Assembly: GCF_004010195.1 (NCBI RefSeq)
Contig: NC_057711.1
Location: forward strand, 83,618,465 to 83,682,464
Source: Chiloscyllium plagiosum
Taxonomy: Eukaryota
DNA: 64,000 bases
Direction of reading: 5' to 3'
Positions 26,014 to 38,519 of this stretch are shown here, one piece after another. The stretch's first letter is position 1. Each line of letters starts with the position of its first letter. The translations under genes were made by a program, and so were the position numbers. A model generated the notes under the pieces. The model searched no databases. It worked only from the letters and a program-made list of their open reading frames with translations, and was not told the DNA's origin.

Positions 26014-26771
26014 GACCCCTATCAGGTCCAATTTCAGACACGTCACAAGAAACAAACCATTGATTTGACTAGATATTCAACTTTCTGTTACAACTTCAAA
26101 GCTAATTAGTACATTCACTGTGCGAGAACTCCATTTGCTAAAATACTTTTTTTAAAGCAGGAGAAGCAAATAACCAATTAAGTATCACATGAAATATCCA
26201 TAACCATATAACATTCAGATTCTGTGGAAGTATGATATTCACTTTTCAGAGTTGTAATAATGCTAAAATAAAGTTCACCAGCACAATAGAAGAATAATGT
26301 GAAAACTAGATGAATATGTAAAAACAGTTTGGATGATATGTGTAAAATGATAATGGACAAAAGGGATTTCGGGAAGCAACTCACATTGCATTCCAACTGT
26401 ACTCCTGGTCTCATCATTTTGACTTACTTGAATTCCAGTACAGAAATGTAATCTACCCTAGAAAAGTGGGGTTGAATTGGAAAGGTAGTATTGCATCCCA
26501 GTGGTATATCCGGACACATTCACTACTTTAACAATGCTGTGGTCCTGGTCACAAGATGCCAAGATATGTTTGTTCTTTTTCATTTTTAAAACTTTGTGGG
26601 CCAGGTGCGCAGGGATAACTCAGAAGGATACCTTGGGCTTCTTCTGTCCCGTACCTCTCTCTTCCCCTGTCATGTTCATACATACACCCCCATATCATTG
26701 CTCTTCTTCCTGGGAACTGTTTCTGTGAGTGCATCGCAGCAAATGTACCTCTACCAAATCTGTCCACCAAT

Positions 26772-26960
26772 CTGAAGCAAAAATGGCAAGTTCTGGAGAA
26801 ACTGCTCAGCATGTCTGGCAGTATCTCTTGATCGAAACAAGAATCATATTAGACTCAAAATGTTAACCCTGCTTCTCTCTCCATAGTTGCTGCCAGAGCT
26901 ACTAAGATTCTCCAGCATTTTTTTTTCCAGATTTCCAGCATTTGCAATATTTTGCCTTCA
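26772..26960. mobile_element. Old fold-back Penelope terminal-repeat element
   Basis: tgaagcaaaaat...ctggagaaactgctcagcatgtctggcag is inverted relative to ctgccagagctactaagattctccag...attttgccttca. Confidence 0.6.
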
Positions 26961-27487
26961 TCATTGTCTTCCCATCACAGCTTTAAGATTAACCAATGGT
27001 AATGAAATTTAATATTTTCAAAGTGAATTTTACAGTATTCTTTCTGAAAACTTATTAAGTCATGAGTTTAGATAATTTTAAAAAAATTAAGAACTTTTGT
27101 CACAATATAAACCTTTTCATTCAAACAATTCAAACTGGTTTTTACCCTGCTGACTGAAAAATGCAATGTTGTTTTTATTTGTAAGGCTCAAATAAGAAAT
27201 ATATTTAACTTGTGTATTAACAACAATACTTTGTCAACAGTAACTTGCTGGTAGTGATCGTCATAACTGAGGATTAATTTGAGAATTAAGTTGCAGAGAG
27301 TGAGGAGGAGAGGTATAAACAGTACATCACGGGTTTATCAATGTATAATAATGACAGCAAGATGTTAAAAGGTGAGACCAAATACATATATAGCATTAAC
27401 AGCCCTGGATTATGAAAAACGAAACTGGGACTTTGAAGTACATCACCAATGAGTAATAGTGCCACTCCCTTCGATATTCTGACAATT

Positions 27488-28020
27488 CAAGTTAAAAATC
27501 ACACAACACAAGGTTACAATCCAATAGGTTTATTTGGAAACACAAGCTTTCAGAGCGCTGCTCCTTCATCAGGTGGTTGTGGAGTATAAGATCATAAAAC
27601 ACAGAATTTATAGCAAAGGTTCACAGTGTGATGCAACTGAAATTATAAATTGAAAAAGATCTGGATTGTTTGTTAAGTCTCTCATCTTTTAGAATGACCA
27701 TGTTGGTTTCAGTTCTTTCCTAGGCAAATCCCAGAACTTTTTTTAATGTTACATTCTCGAGTGAACTTTAAAAATAGGTACCATGTCAGCTCAGGAGCTG
27801 CATTGAAGGTGTGAGGTGCCCTGAGTGAAGCTGTCTGTGTCCCAATGTTCAGACTGATTCTATTTTTAAAAAAGGGATTTACAGGATCTTACACAGATTC
27901 ATGCAGTCTTTGAGCAAAATAAAATTTAATTCTGCAAGTACAAATTCACCCCACAAACTTTTATGCTTGTGTATGGGGGTGGAGGGGGGCAGGGGTGGGT
28001 GGCTTATGAGTGACTGTGAG
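27488..28020 (-). mobile_element. Penelope-like 3'/terminal region (family of 57087-57535)
   Basis: aagttaaaaatcacacaacac...gctccttcatcaggtg...cacagaatttatagcaaa, colinear with 57119-57535. Confidence 0.75.
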
Positions 28021-29573
28021 ACACCTCATTAATTACTCTGCAATATTTTAAAAATCAGATGGTTAAGTCTGTATTTGTGCAATCTTAACAAAAATAAATC
28101 CTGATTATTTTGAGCCGAGCACAGGGTTTATATCTGTCAGGGAACAATGGTGTTTGAGCATAACATCAGTAATTTGTTCACACTGTGCAGGACAGCAGTT
28201 CACTTCTGTAGCAGCGATATTTTTTTCAAGAGAGCTGTGACCATTCAGTTTCATGTAGTGGAAAGCTGCCTAACAACAGCACACAGCCAACCAGTAAGTA
28301 CAGTTTGTTATTTGGAATGGGAATTGAAATCTTTTTTAAGAAAGCATACATTTTTAGATTTAAACTGCATTCACTTTTGCAATTCTTTTAAAGAATTCAA
28401 CATTAGACTTGTCAATGGGTAAACAGCCTCTGCTATGGTTGCAAGTTGCAAGCCAGAGCTCTAGAAGAAAACCTATTTTCTCCAAGCTGGTGTGTACAGG
28501 AGTTCTGGGTACATAAACAAACTCAAAACTTGATTCAGGAATGCAAATAAATAAATCAGTCCCTCACCAGACCTTCAACAGCTGATCATCTACTTTTCTG
28601 TTATATGATGGACTATCCACCATTTCAACCGCATCCCAGTATGTAGAAGGAGTAGTCCCAGATTGAAGCAAAGTTCTTATAAAGTAATTTTAAATACGAT
28701 TTTCGGCTCATTAGGTATATGCTGGCTTTTAATCTTCTTTGGAATTTTCCCCTCACCTCTCGTCATCTAAACTCAATGACAAATCCTTCCAACCCTTTAT
28801 TCCTCAGATATTGTCCAGAATTTCCTTAAATGCAGCTGTCAACCAACTCAATTACTCTTTGTGAGAGTGAGGTCCACATTCTAGCTACTCTGTGGGTAGA
28901 TGGAGAGCATAAAATTGGGCAGGCATCGCATGAGGGGCTCTGCTCAATGTCTAATAGTTGTATTGGAATTTTACTAACAGTGGGGGAGGGATCAAACAGC
29001 CCATGCATCTTGAACCAATACAGCTCCTAAAGTTGTTCTTTAATTGTGCCACCGCTGATGGTATTTTGCCATCAACGGATGATGTCCATGCCAAGCGACA
29101 ATAAACCTGCATCTTGAGCCCAAAAGTGGTTCCTAGCAACTGAAATAACTATTCTACCTTGCCCCTCCTCTCCACTTGGTCACCCAAATGACCTGCCTGA
29201 ACAGTCCCAATGAAGTCACCAGAGTTATCTCATCATCCAGCTTATCCTGGTTTTTGTCAGGAACGAACTGCAGAATCAGCAGTGCCATTGCTCCCTATGG
29301 CATTTGAACTGGAGAACTGCTGCACTGGGATTTAGAACCCACCTCTCCAGAACCTCTGCATTGCCACTAGCGACATTACCACTATGCTCTCTCCCCACCT
29401 AGATAATGAAACTTATTACACAAAAAAAATTCACAAGCTACTCATTTCTCTTCTGTTGTCACTCAATTGAAATGCTTTACTCAACAATTGTTATGTGTAA
29501 GTTTCTGGTTTGCCATCAGATTTTTGCTGACTTTTAAGTGGTTCAAATCACAATACTGGATTGTGGATGTTTA

Positions 29574-31010
29574 TTTAGGATTGTGAAATGAAGAAGGCAG
29601 TAGACAGGTGTTTCAGGGCAAAAACATCTCTATTTATCAAATACAAAAGAAATAAAGACAAATGTAATAAACTGTGAAATTGACACAATTATGCAGTAGA
29701 CAGTAATTAAATACACTATTAAATCAAATACAGGTTAAACACTATTAGAACTAAACAGTAGTTTTAATCGCAGAAAACTTTAATCAGGCTTCCTACCCTT
29801 GGTGTTCCTACACTGTCACCACCCACCTTCCCCTCCCTGCTAGCTAGATTAGAAGCTTTAGTGTCTCGGGAATTCAAGCTCACCACTGGGGAAAAGCGTC
29901 ATTTTGAAGTACAGCTGACTGTTTCCCCTTGCCATACCCGATACTTTGGTAAAGACTTCGGACGATGTGTGGGTTGTGTCCAATGATATGGTAGGATGCG
30001 GAATGGACTTATTAGGTGAGCACTTGGCTTTGTTTACGTTTGGGGGTTTTGCGGGTCATTTCTCATTTCAGGACACTTCTGAGGCCTCGTGTTGTCAGCT
30101 GGGAAGTTTTCAGAGGTTGTCAGTTCTTAGGTCTGCTGGTCTTGGTTAGTTATTGCTGGTTCCCCTGGCATGGAACAGGCCTGTGTCAGTAGGTTTCAGA
30201 ATTGCTGTTGAGATTCCCCCTTCAAGAGATAGCTCTTGGAAATAGCTGCTGGAATTAGCTGTTGTAAGTCTTCTGGGATCACTGTTTGCAACACCTCCTG
30301 GGAGTAGCTACTGGAGGATTGCTGTCAGGGAGATAGCTGTTTGAGATCCCTCTTCTGGAGATAGCTATGGGGATAGGTCTCAGTGAGATAGCTGTTCGGG
30401 ATACCTCTTCTGGAGATAGATCTGGAGATAGCTTTTGGAGCGATTGGTGCCTACAATTATACTGATTATTGGCCTGTCATCTTCATGCCAAGACTGCACT
30501 TGTCAGTTGGCTTCCTGACAGTTAAGAGTATTTGTGAATGTATTTTGATTGAAGTTGAATGCCCGATACATCTTCGAGGAGAAAGTGAGGACTGCAGATG
30601 CTGGAGATCAGAGCTGAAAATGTGTTGCGATGAAGAAGGGCTCATGCCCGAAACGTCGATTCTTCTGCTCCTTGGATGCTGCCTGACCTGCTGCGCTTTT
30701 CCAGCAACACATTTTCATGCCCGATACATCTGAATGTATATTACTTGAACTTGAATGTCTGGTATCTGTATAGGTCCATAATGTATGCCAAGGGTAGCCC
30801 CAGGTGTAAAAGTCTAGTGTGTTCGGTTTTCTCTTATTTGGAAGTGTAAGTTGGACTTTTTGGGCTGAAAAATGGTTCCAGGCAGCTATCTCTGTGTCAG
30901 TGTATTTTTCCCAGAGCTCAGCCCAGCTGCCCCCTTTCTTTAAAAAGTTTTGAAAAGTTCAGGGGTAGGCCCAGTATTGTAGAATACGGGGATTTTTGCT
31001 CAATCCTAAA
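29574..31010. mobile_element. Putative large LTR-like or TIR-bounded repeat with internal tandem subrepeats
   Basis: TTTAGGATTG (29574-29583) and CAATCCTAAA (31001-31010) form a 10-bp inverted pair; internal GAGATAGCT subrepeats; no clear TSD. Confidence 0.35.
30574..30716. mobile_element. Mini fold-back Penelope-derived insertion
   Basis: 15-bp TSD ATGCCCGATACATCT at 30559-30573 and 30717-30731; inverted TGAAAATGTGTTGC/GCAACACATTTTCA arms. Confidence 0.88.
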
Positions 31011-31394
31011 AAAAAGTTTAATTTCCCAACTCCTTAGACTAACATCCAAACTTTGGAAAGAAGGAAAACAAAGCTGAAATACTCACCAGGCAATCAACTC
31101 ACAAGCTTTTTGTGATGTCACAGTTTATTTCTAACAAGATTTCTAGCAAGTTCTAGACCAAATGAATTGGAAGCAAAGATTTGCAAGAAAAAACTAAGTG
31201 AATAATGGGCTATCTTCAATGAATAAGTATTTTAAGTAAAATCAATGAATATTCCCATGATGGGAAAAGAGATGACAATCAAATTGAGATATCTCTGGAT
31301 AAGGAAAGAAGTGTGCTTATGATCGCAGGTGAATAATACAACTGAGAAACAGAGTAATAAAAGTTCAAAAGGGCATTGAAAAATCAAATAACAG

Positions 31395-31986
31395 AAAGGT
31401 ACAGGAGTTGGGAACTCATGTTGTAGCTGTAGAAGACATCGGTTAGGCCACTTTTGGAATATTCTGGTCTCCTTCCTGTCAGAAGGATGTTCTGAAACTT
31501 GAAAGGGTTCAGAAAAGATTTACAGGGATGTTGCCAGGGTTGGAGGACTTGAGCTATAGGGAAAGGCTGAATAGGCTGGGACTGTTTTCCCTGGAGTGTC
31601 GGAGGCTGAGAGGTGACCTTATAGAGGTTTGTAAAATCATGAGGGGCATGGATAGGATAAATAGACACCCTGGGGTGGGGGATTCCAGAACTAGAGGACA
31701 TAGGTTTAGAGTGAGAGGGGAAAAATATAAAAGAGACCCGTGGGTCAACATTTTCACAAAGCGGGTGGTGCGTGTATGGAATGAGCTGCCAGAGGAAGTG
31801 GTGGAGGCTAGTACAATTGTAACATTTAAAAGGCATCTGGATAGATATATGAATAGGAAGGGTTTGGAGGGATATGGCGTGGGTGCTGGCAGGTGGGATG
31901 AGATTGGATTGGGATATCTGGTCGGCATGGACAGGTTGGACCGAAGGGTCTGTTTCCATGCTGTACACCTTTATGACTCTATGACT
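31395..31986 (+). mobile_element. CR1/HER1-like LINE 3' end
   Basis: MLPGLEDLSYRERLNRLGLFSLECRRLRGDLIEV...FTKRVVRVWNELP; ATGACTCT tail. Confidence 0.92.
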
Positions 31987-31999
31987 AAAAAGAATGTGT

Positions 32000-32890
32000 G
32001 AGAAGTGACTGGAAGCTCATATAAAAGGAATCCAAAAGACTTTTACAGGCATATAAATAGAAACAAAAGTGGTAAGTGGATGACTGGGACTAATTAAGAA
32101 TCAAAAAAAGGGACTTAGGCATGGAAAAACAGGGCATAGCTAAGGTTTTAAATTCATAATTTGCATCTGTCTACAGATCTTTATGGTGCTGCCCAGGTCT
32201 CAGTGAAAGAGAAGGTAATTTAGACACATGAAGGATTGACAATTGAGAAGACATAAATAATGGGTAGAGTTTCTGTACTTACATCTGTTAAGGTATCTGA
32301 ACCAGATGAGCTACATCAATGGTATTGAATGAATTGAGATTGGAAATTGTGAAGGTTGTGATAGTCATACAGCACAGAAACAGATCCTTCAGTCCAATGG
32401 TCTTTGAGATGGTATAGAAAAGATTCACAGATTGGTTCCAGGGATGAGAAACTAGTTACATAGATAAATGGGAGAAATTATGACAGTTCTCCCAGAAGAA
32501 GAAAATATTAAATGGAAAAATTTATAAAAGATATTTAAAGTCATGAGGGTCTGAACGGAGTAGACAGGGAGAAACTGTTCCCATTGGCAAAAGGATCCAG
32601 AAGTAACAGACACACATTTAAGGTAATTGGCAAAAAAAGCCATGGGACCAAATGGGAAAACTTTGTTACACAGAGAATAGTTGGATCTGGAATGCAGGGC
32701 CTGAGATCATGGTAAAGGCAGATTTAATCAAGTGATTGAAAAGGGATTGGATCATTACCCAAAAAGAATGAATGTACTGCCCTGCGGGAGGAAGATAGGG
32801 GAGAGGCACAAGGTGATTTTCTTCTTCAGAGGACCAGTACATACATCATCAGCTGAATATCCTCCTCTATTGTAATCATTCTACAATATT
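32000..32890 (+). mobile_element. Degraded CR1 fragments
   Basis: NPKDFYRHINR-like segment at about 32030 and a degraded C-terminal segment (ttccagggatgaga...gagggtctg...ttacacagaga). Confidence 0.6.
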
Positions 32891-32969
32891 CTTGGTGACA
32901 ATGCAAAACTGAGAAGTTAGACTAATGGTATAAGGAAAAGGCAGGAACTATCAGCCTTAAAACACAATG

Positions 32970-33102
32970 TAGGACCGAATTACTGCAGATGCTGGAATCT
33001 GTTCTGAAAACAACAAGTGCTGGAGATCACAGCGAGTCAGACAGCATCCATGGAGAGAGAACAAGCTAATGTTTCGAGCCTAGATGACTCTTCATCAGAG
33101 CT
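32970..33102 (-). mobile_element. Penelope terminal-repeat fragment with hammerhead-like core
   Basis: actgcagatgctggaatc terminus; the minus strand reads CTGATGA-A-GAGTC-ATCTA-GGCTC-GAAAC at 33098-33071. Confidence 0.75.
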
Positions 33103-34310
33103 CTGTGCCGACCTGTGGAACCAATCTGAAGCCCTTCTAACCTATGCTATTCCATTTTCGTTCATATGCCTATCCGATGATGATTTAAATGCCCTTAAAA
33201 GTTGGCAAGTCTACTACTGTTGCAGGCAGTGCGTTCCACGTCCCTACTACTCTGAGTAAAGAAACTACCTCTGACATCTGTCCTGTATCTATCACCCCTC
33301 AATTTAAAGCTATGTCCCCTCATGCTAGTCATCGCCATCTGAGGAAAAAGAATCTCACTGTCCAACCTGTCTAACCCTCTGATTATCTTCTATGTTTCAA
33401 TTAAGTCACCTCCCAACCTTCTTCTCTCTAATGAAAACAACCTCAAGTCCCTCAACCTTTCCTCATAAGACCTTCCCTCCATACCAGGCAATATCCTAGT
33501 AAATCTCCTCTGAGCCCTTTCCAAAGCTTCCACATCCTTCCTGTAATGCACTGACCAGAACTACACACAATACTCCAAATGTGATCACACCAGAGTTTTG
33601 TACAGCATGATGTCATAATTCCGAAACTCAATCCCTCTACCAATAAAAGCTAACACACCATATTCCTTCTTAACAACCCTATCAACCTGGATGGCAATTT
33701 TCAAGGATCTATGTACCTGGACACTGAGATCTCTCTGCTCATCTACACTAACAAGAATCTTACCATTAACCCAGTACTCTGCATCCCAGTTACTCCTTCC
33801 AAAGTGAATCATCTTACACCTTTCTGCATTAAACTCCATTTTCCACCTCTCAGCACAGCTCTGTACCTTATCCATGTCTTTCTATAACCTACAATTTCCT
33901 TCGTCACTATCCACATCTGACCTTAATGTCATCCGCAAATTTACTAATCCATCCTTCTATGCCCTCATCCAAATTATTTATATAAATGACAAACAACAGT
34001 GGACCAAAACAGATCCTTGCGGTACCTCACTAGTAACTGAACTCCATGATGAATATAACCCATCAACCACCACCCTCTGTTTGCTTGCAGCCAGCCAATT
34101 TCTGATCCAAACAGCTAAATCACCCTCAATCCCATGCCTCTGTATTTTGTGCAATAGCCTACTGTGGCAAATCTTATCAAACGCCTTACTGAAATCCATA
34201 TACACCATATCAACCTGTTTAGTCACATTCTCAAAGAACTCAATAAGGTTTGTGAGGCATGACATATGCTTCATAAGACCATGTTGACTATCCCTAATCA
34301 ACTTATTCAA
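33103..34310 (-). mobile_element. CR1 LINE RT fragment
   Basis: SQHG...SCLTNLIEFFE...VYMDFSKAFDK...VPQGSVL and W.MEFN..RC...HFG. Confidence 0.93.
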
Positions 34311-35280
34311 CTTTTACTATGAAATGTATGCACTGATGCAGAATCAGATTATATGTTGCATCACAGATTTGTTGTGAAAGCTATTGATCCTGCAAGGTAT
34401 TTCCTTGATTGTGGAATTATAAAAGAAAATGTGAAACATAAGAAAAATCACTGTCAGGAGCAAATGTATATTAAAACAAGGTTGAATGAAATTTTGATCG
34501 CATCAGAATTGGGTTGAGCAAAGGTGCTGTTGATCTTGAAATAACACTATGAATAATGACCACAGACCAAATTTCTGATCATTCGAATTTAAATGCAGCC
34601 AAAAGACTTGATGCTTAAATGAATGCTTTTTCCAGAAACAACACAGTGTGTGCACAAACAACATGAGGGAATATCTGCTCTAAGAGGCAAAGGCTTGTTT
34701 ACTTGAACAAAAATCAAACTGCTTTGTTTAAAAGAGCTGAGAACTGTTAAGAAAGAAGATCACTTTTAGGGAAGATATACAAGTATCAACTGAAAAAGGT
34801 GTTAAAGTAATAATTATCACCATTTCATAAAGGAAAATACCACAAAAAGTCCACAGGTTATTTAAATTATTACAGTGTAGCAATATAGAATTGTTATGAT
34901 GTATTCACATGATGATTCAAATCCCCTGACTGATATGAATTCTGTCCAGGCTCAAAAATGCATCACCAAGGCATAGTTTGGCAAACAGTTTTGCAATTGT
35001 AAGGGTGCATAATACCTGGTATAGCACTAATATGGAGAGGTTGCACAAACTTTCCTGTGTTGCTCACACCAATGTCCGTTTCTTGTATGATATTCACAGA
35101 GCTCTCTGAGAATATGTTTGCGCACAACACTGATTTACAGCAATTCTGACGTCACATGGTCATGACTGGCTAAGAGAATCAACAAGATTTTACACTTTAC
35201 TGGTGTTATTTAAGGCAAAGGCACCCTCATTGCAGATAAAATAATTTGTCAGAATTTGTTTGATTGCAAATTATGCCAAT

Positions 35281-35395
35281 TGAATTGAATTGAATTGATT
35301 TATTGTCACGTGTACCGAGACACAGTGACGAGCTTTGCCTTGCGTGTAATACAGACAGATCACAGAGTTAAGTAGCATCTGACAGTGTTTCTGGA
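35281..35395 (-). mobile_element. L2-like 3' tail fragment
   Basis: Minus strand reads GGTACACGTGACAATAAA followed by a (TCAAT)n tail. Confidence 0.6.
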
Positions 35396-35771
35396 GATTT
35401 TGCTGGGAAGAAAGACTTCTATGATCACATTTTCAGCAGTTGGCTTCTCCTGCCAAACAGCAGGATGAGGATGAATTGGAAACTGAAAAGGGGCATAAGA
35501 CAGGACCATTCTGTTATTCTCAATGTTTTGTGTTATGCCAGATGTCATGAGTTCTATCACAGCCAGCGCCACGATGCAGACAACTTCAGGAATCAGGGAT
35601 GAAAGCATCCTTGGCCTGTGCCATTTCAGTGTGAGCCAGAATGGAGGCATAACACTGTGATTGGGTGATAAGCTGACCAAAACGAAATAGCGAGATGAAT
35701 TTGGAGGCAGCAAATAGTGAGTGAGAGGCTGGGAGCATTGTTAGATTCTTGAGAGTGAGGTGGAGCATCTA

Positions 35772-35893
35772 GATCAAAAACAGAAATAGCTGGAGAGACT
35801 GTGGGCCTGAAATGTCAATTCTGTTTTCTCTCGACAGATGCTGCCAGATCTGCTAAGTTTATCCAGTAATGTCTGTTTTTATTACAGATTTCC
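35772..35893. mobile_element. Old fold-back Penelope terminal-repeat element
   Basis: aaaaacagaaatagctgga and tccagtaatgtctgttttt arms surround cagatgctgccagatctgct. Confidence 0.55.
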
Positions 35894-36589
35894 ATATGAA
35901 GAGGCATTCACTAAGGTTGATGACATTACCCTCTTGAGATGCTGTTGTCAGGTCTTCAGAACTAATGACCCTCCCTGAACAACTGGCCCTTCTCCAATCT
36001 GAGGCTGGTCCTTAAGAAACTCCTGACATCCCCCATGTCATCTCTCCTCCTGTCCACCCTCACCACTAATGGCTTCATCATTCTGGAAGCCGCTGTTGGC
36101 CCTGCTGATCACTTTGCAATAATTTACATTGCAGAAATATGTTTGTGTAGCTTCATTTGAAGGTGCAATCTGAATTTAAGAAGAGAAAGCTACTTGTAAT
36201 TTATTGTTGACAAATAATGCTGTCAGGGCTCTTGGCTGTGCACAGAGGCTGAAACTTATTTAGAGGGCATGGAAGCAGCTGGGCTCAGACCACATTTATG
36301 CAATTAATTTAGGCCTCCACTTTGATCTGTATGGGTGTGTGCAGATTGCAAATTATAACCCCATCACCAAAAACCAGAGCAACTAAATTGTTTGCCTACA
36401 TTTTTAGATGTGAAATCCTCCTATAAATCTAAGTAATGGCTACATTCTTTGCAAATGACATTAATATGCAATATACAAATTACTCATTAGATAATCATTT
36501 GTTCTTAAAGAATTGTAGCATAATACAACAGAGAATTACAGTATACAGTCATCAAGTCTTTTCTTTTTTTTAAAGAACAATCAATTTTG

Positions 36590-36950
36590 TTGCACGTTAT
36601 CACTTTTTCCAGGTATCCCTGGGGTTTTTTCTACTTCATGTAAGTACCCAATACCCAAAACCAGCTTTTGTTGAATCTGCGTCCTTTGCTTTCATGCAGT
36701 GTATTCTAACCACTCATTGCTTGTTTTCTCGTGCTGCCTCTTGTTCTTTTGTCAATCACCTTAACTCTATGGCTTCTGATTATTGACACTTTAGCCATTG
36801 GACCCAGTTTCTCTTTCTTTATGCGAGAACCTTTCATGATTTTAAACACCTTCATCAATTCTCTTCTCCTTCTTATCCGATCTACTTTCTCCAATCTATC
36901 CACGTAACTGTATACCATCATTCCTGGAATCATTCTGGTAAATTTCTTTT
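36590..36950 (-). mobile_element. Degraded CR1 3' fragment
   Basis: MIPGM..YSY.DRLEK...RRRRELMKVFKIMKG. Confidence 0.75.
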
Positions 36951-36957
36951 GTATTAA

Positions 36958-38135
36958 GTCATAGAATCATAGAGTCATAGGGATGTACCGCATGGAAATA
37001 GACCCTTTGGTCCAACTTGTCCATGCCGACCAGATATCCCAACCCAATCTAATCCCACCTGCTAGCACCCACCCCACATCCCTCCAAATCCTTCTTATTC
37101 ATATCCCCAACCAGATGCTTTTTAAATGTTGCAATTATATCAGCCTCCAACACTTATGCTGGCAGCCCATTCCACACACACATTACCCTCTACGTGAAAC
37201 AGTTGCCCCTTAGGTCTCTTTTATATCTTTCCCCTCTCACTCTAAACCTATGTCCTTTATTTCTGGACTTCCCCACCCCAGGGAAAAGACCTTGTCTATT
37301 TACCCTATCCATGCCCCTCATGATTTTATAAACCTCTGACGATCCAGCGAAAACAGCCCTAGCCTATTCAGCCTCTCCCTATATCTCAAATCCTCCAACC
37401 CTGGCAACATCCTCGTAAATCTTTTCTGAACGCTTTAAAGTTTCACAATATCCTCCCGATAGGAAGGAGACCAGACTTGTACACATTATTCCAAAAGTAG
37501 CCTCACCAATGTCCTGTACTGCAGCAACATCACCTCCCAACTCGTCTACTCAATACTCTGACTAATAAAGGAAATCTTACCAAATGCCTTCTTCACTACC
37601 TTAACTACCTGAGACTCTACTTTCAAGGGGCTATGAACCTGCACTCCAAGGTCTCTTTGTTCATCAACACTCCTTAGGGCCTTACCATTAAGTGCATGAG
37701 TCCTGCTCTGGTTTGCTTTCCCAAAATGCAGCACCTCGCATTGATCTGAATTAAACTCCATCTGCCATTTCTCAGCTCATTGGCTCATCTGATCAAGAAC
37801 CCGTTGTAATTTGAGGTAACCCTCTTCGCTGTCCACTACACCTCCAATTTTGGCGTCATCGGCAAACTTACTAACTGTACCTCTTATGCTCACATCCAAA
37901 TCATTTTTACAAATGACAAAAAGTAGTGGACCCAGCATAGATCCTTGTGGCACTCCACTGGTCACAGGCCTCCAGTCTGAAAAACAACCCTCTACCACCA
38001 CCCTCTGTCTTCTACTTTCGAGCCAGTTCTGTATCCAAATGGTTGTTTCTCCCTGTATTCCATGAGATCTAACTTTGCTAAACCAGTCTCCCTTGGGGAA
38101 CCTTGTCAAACGCTTTACTGAGGTCCATATAGACT
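36958..38135 (-). mobile_element. CR1/HER1-like LINE 3' 1.2 kb
   Basis: (catagagt)n tail; SGVPQGSMLGPLLFVI..NDLD...KFADDAK. Confidence 0.93.
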
Positions 38136-38519
38136 TCACAACTTTCATAAAATTTGGTGCTTAGAATTGGATACAATGCTCCACCTGGGACGTAACTGGT
38201 GTTTTTAAGTTTGGGATGACTTCTTGACTTTTGTAAACGATGAATGGATTTTTGAGGGTTCAGTTCAGGGTTAGTTACCTGATTCATTAATTGGTGAACT
38301 TTGCCACAGCTCACTCCCAGAGACAATGGATTAAAATCCAGCATAATCCAGATCTCCTGATCAATTAGAGAAGGCAGGATGACAATATCATTCTTTCAAA
38401 GGAAGAATTTCTAATTAAACTGGACGATATCCTAGGTTAGAACAGCAGAGCAGCATTTAGATTTTAAGGCTTTCCATGAAAATGGAAAGGACATCTATGA
38501 AAACAATTATCAGCAAAGT

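Noticed and set aside
30227..30440. Possible CRISPR-like array
   Set aside because: Repeats are degenerate and irregular, with no unique spacers, no cas genes and a vertebrate context.
31384..31968. 194-aa minus-strand ORF
   Set aside because: Antisense of the CR1 3' end.
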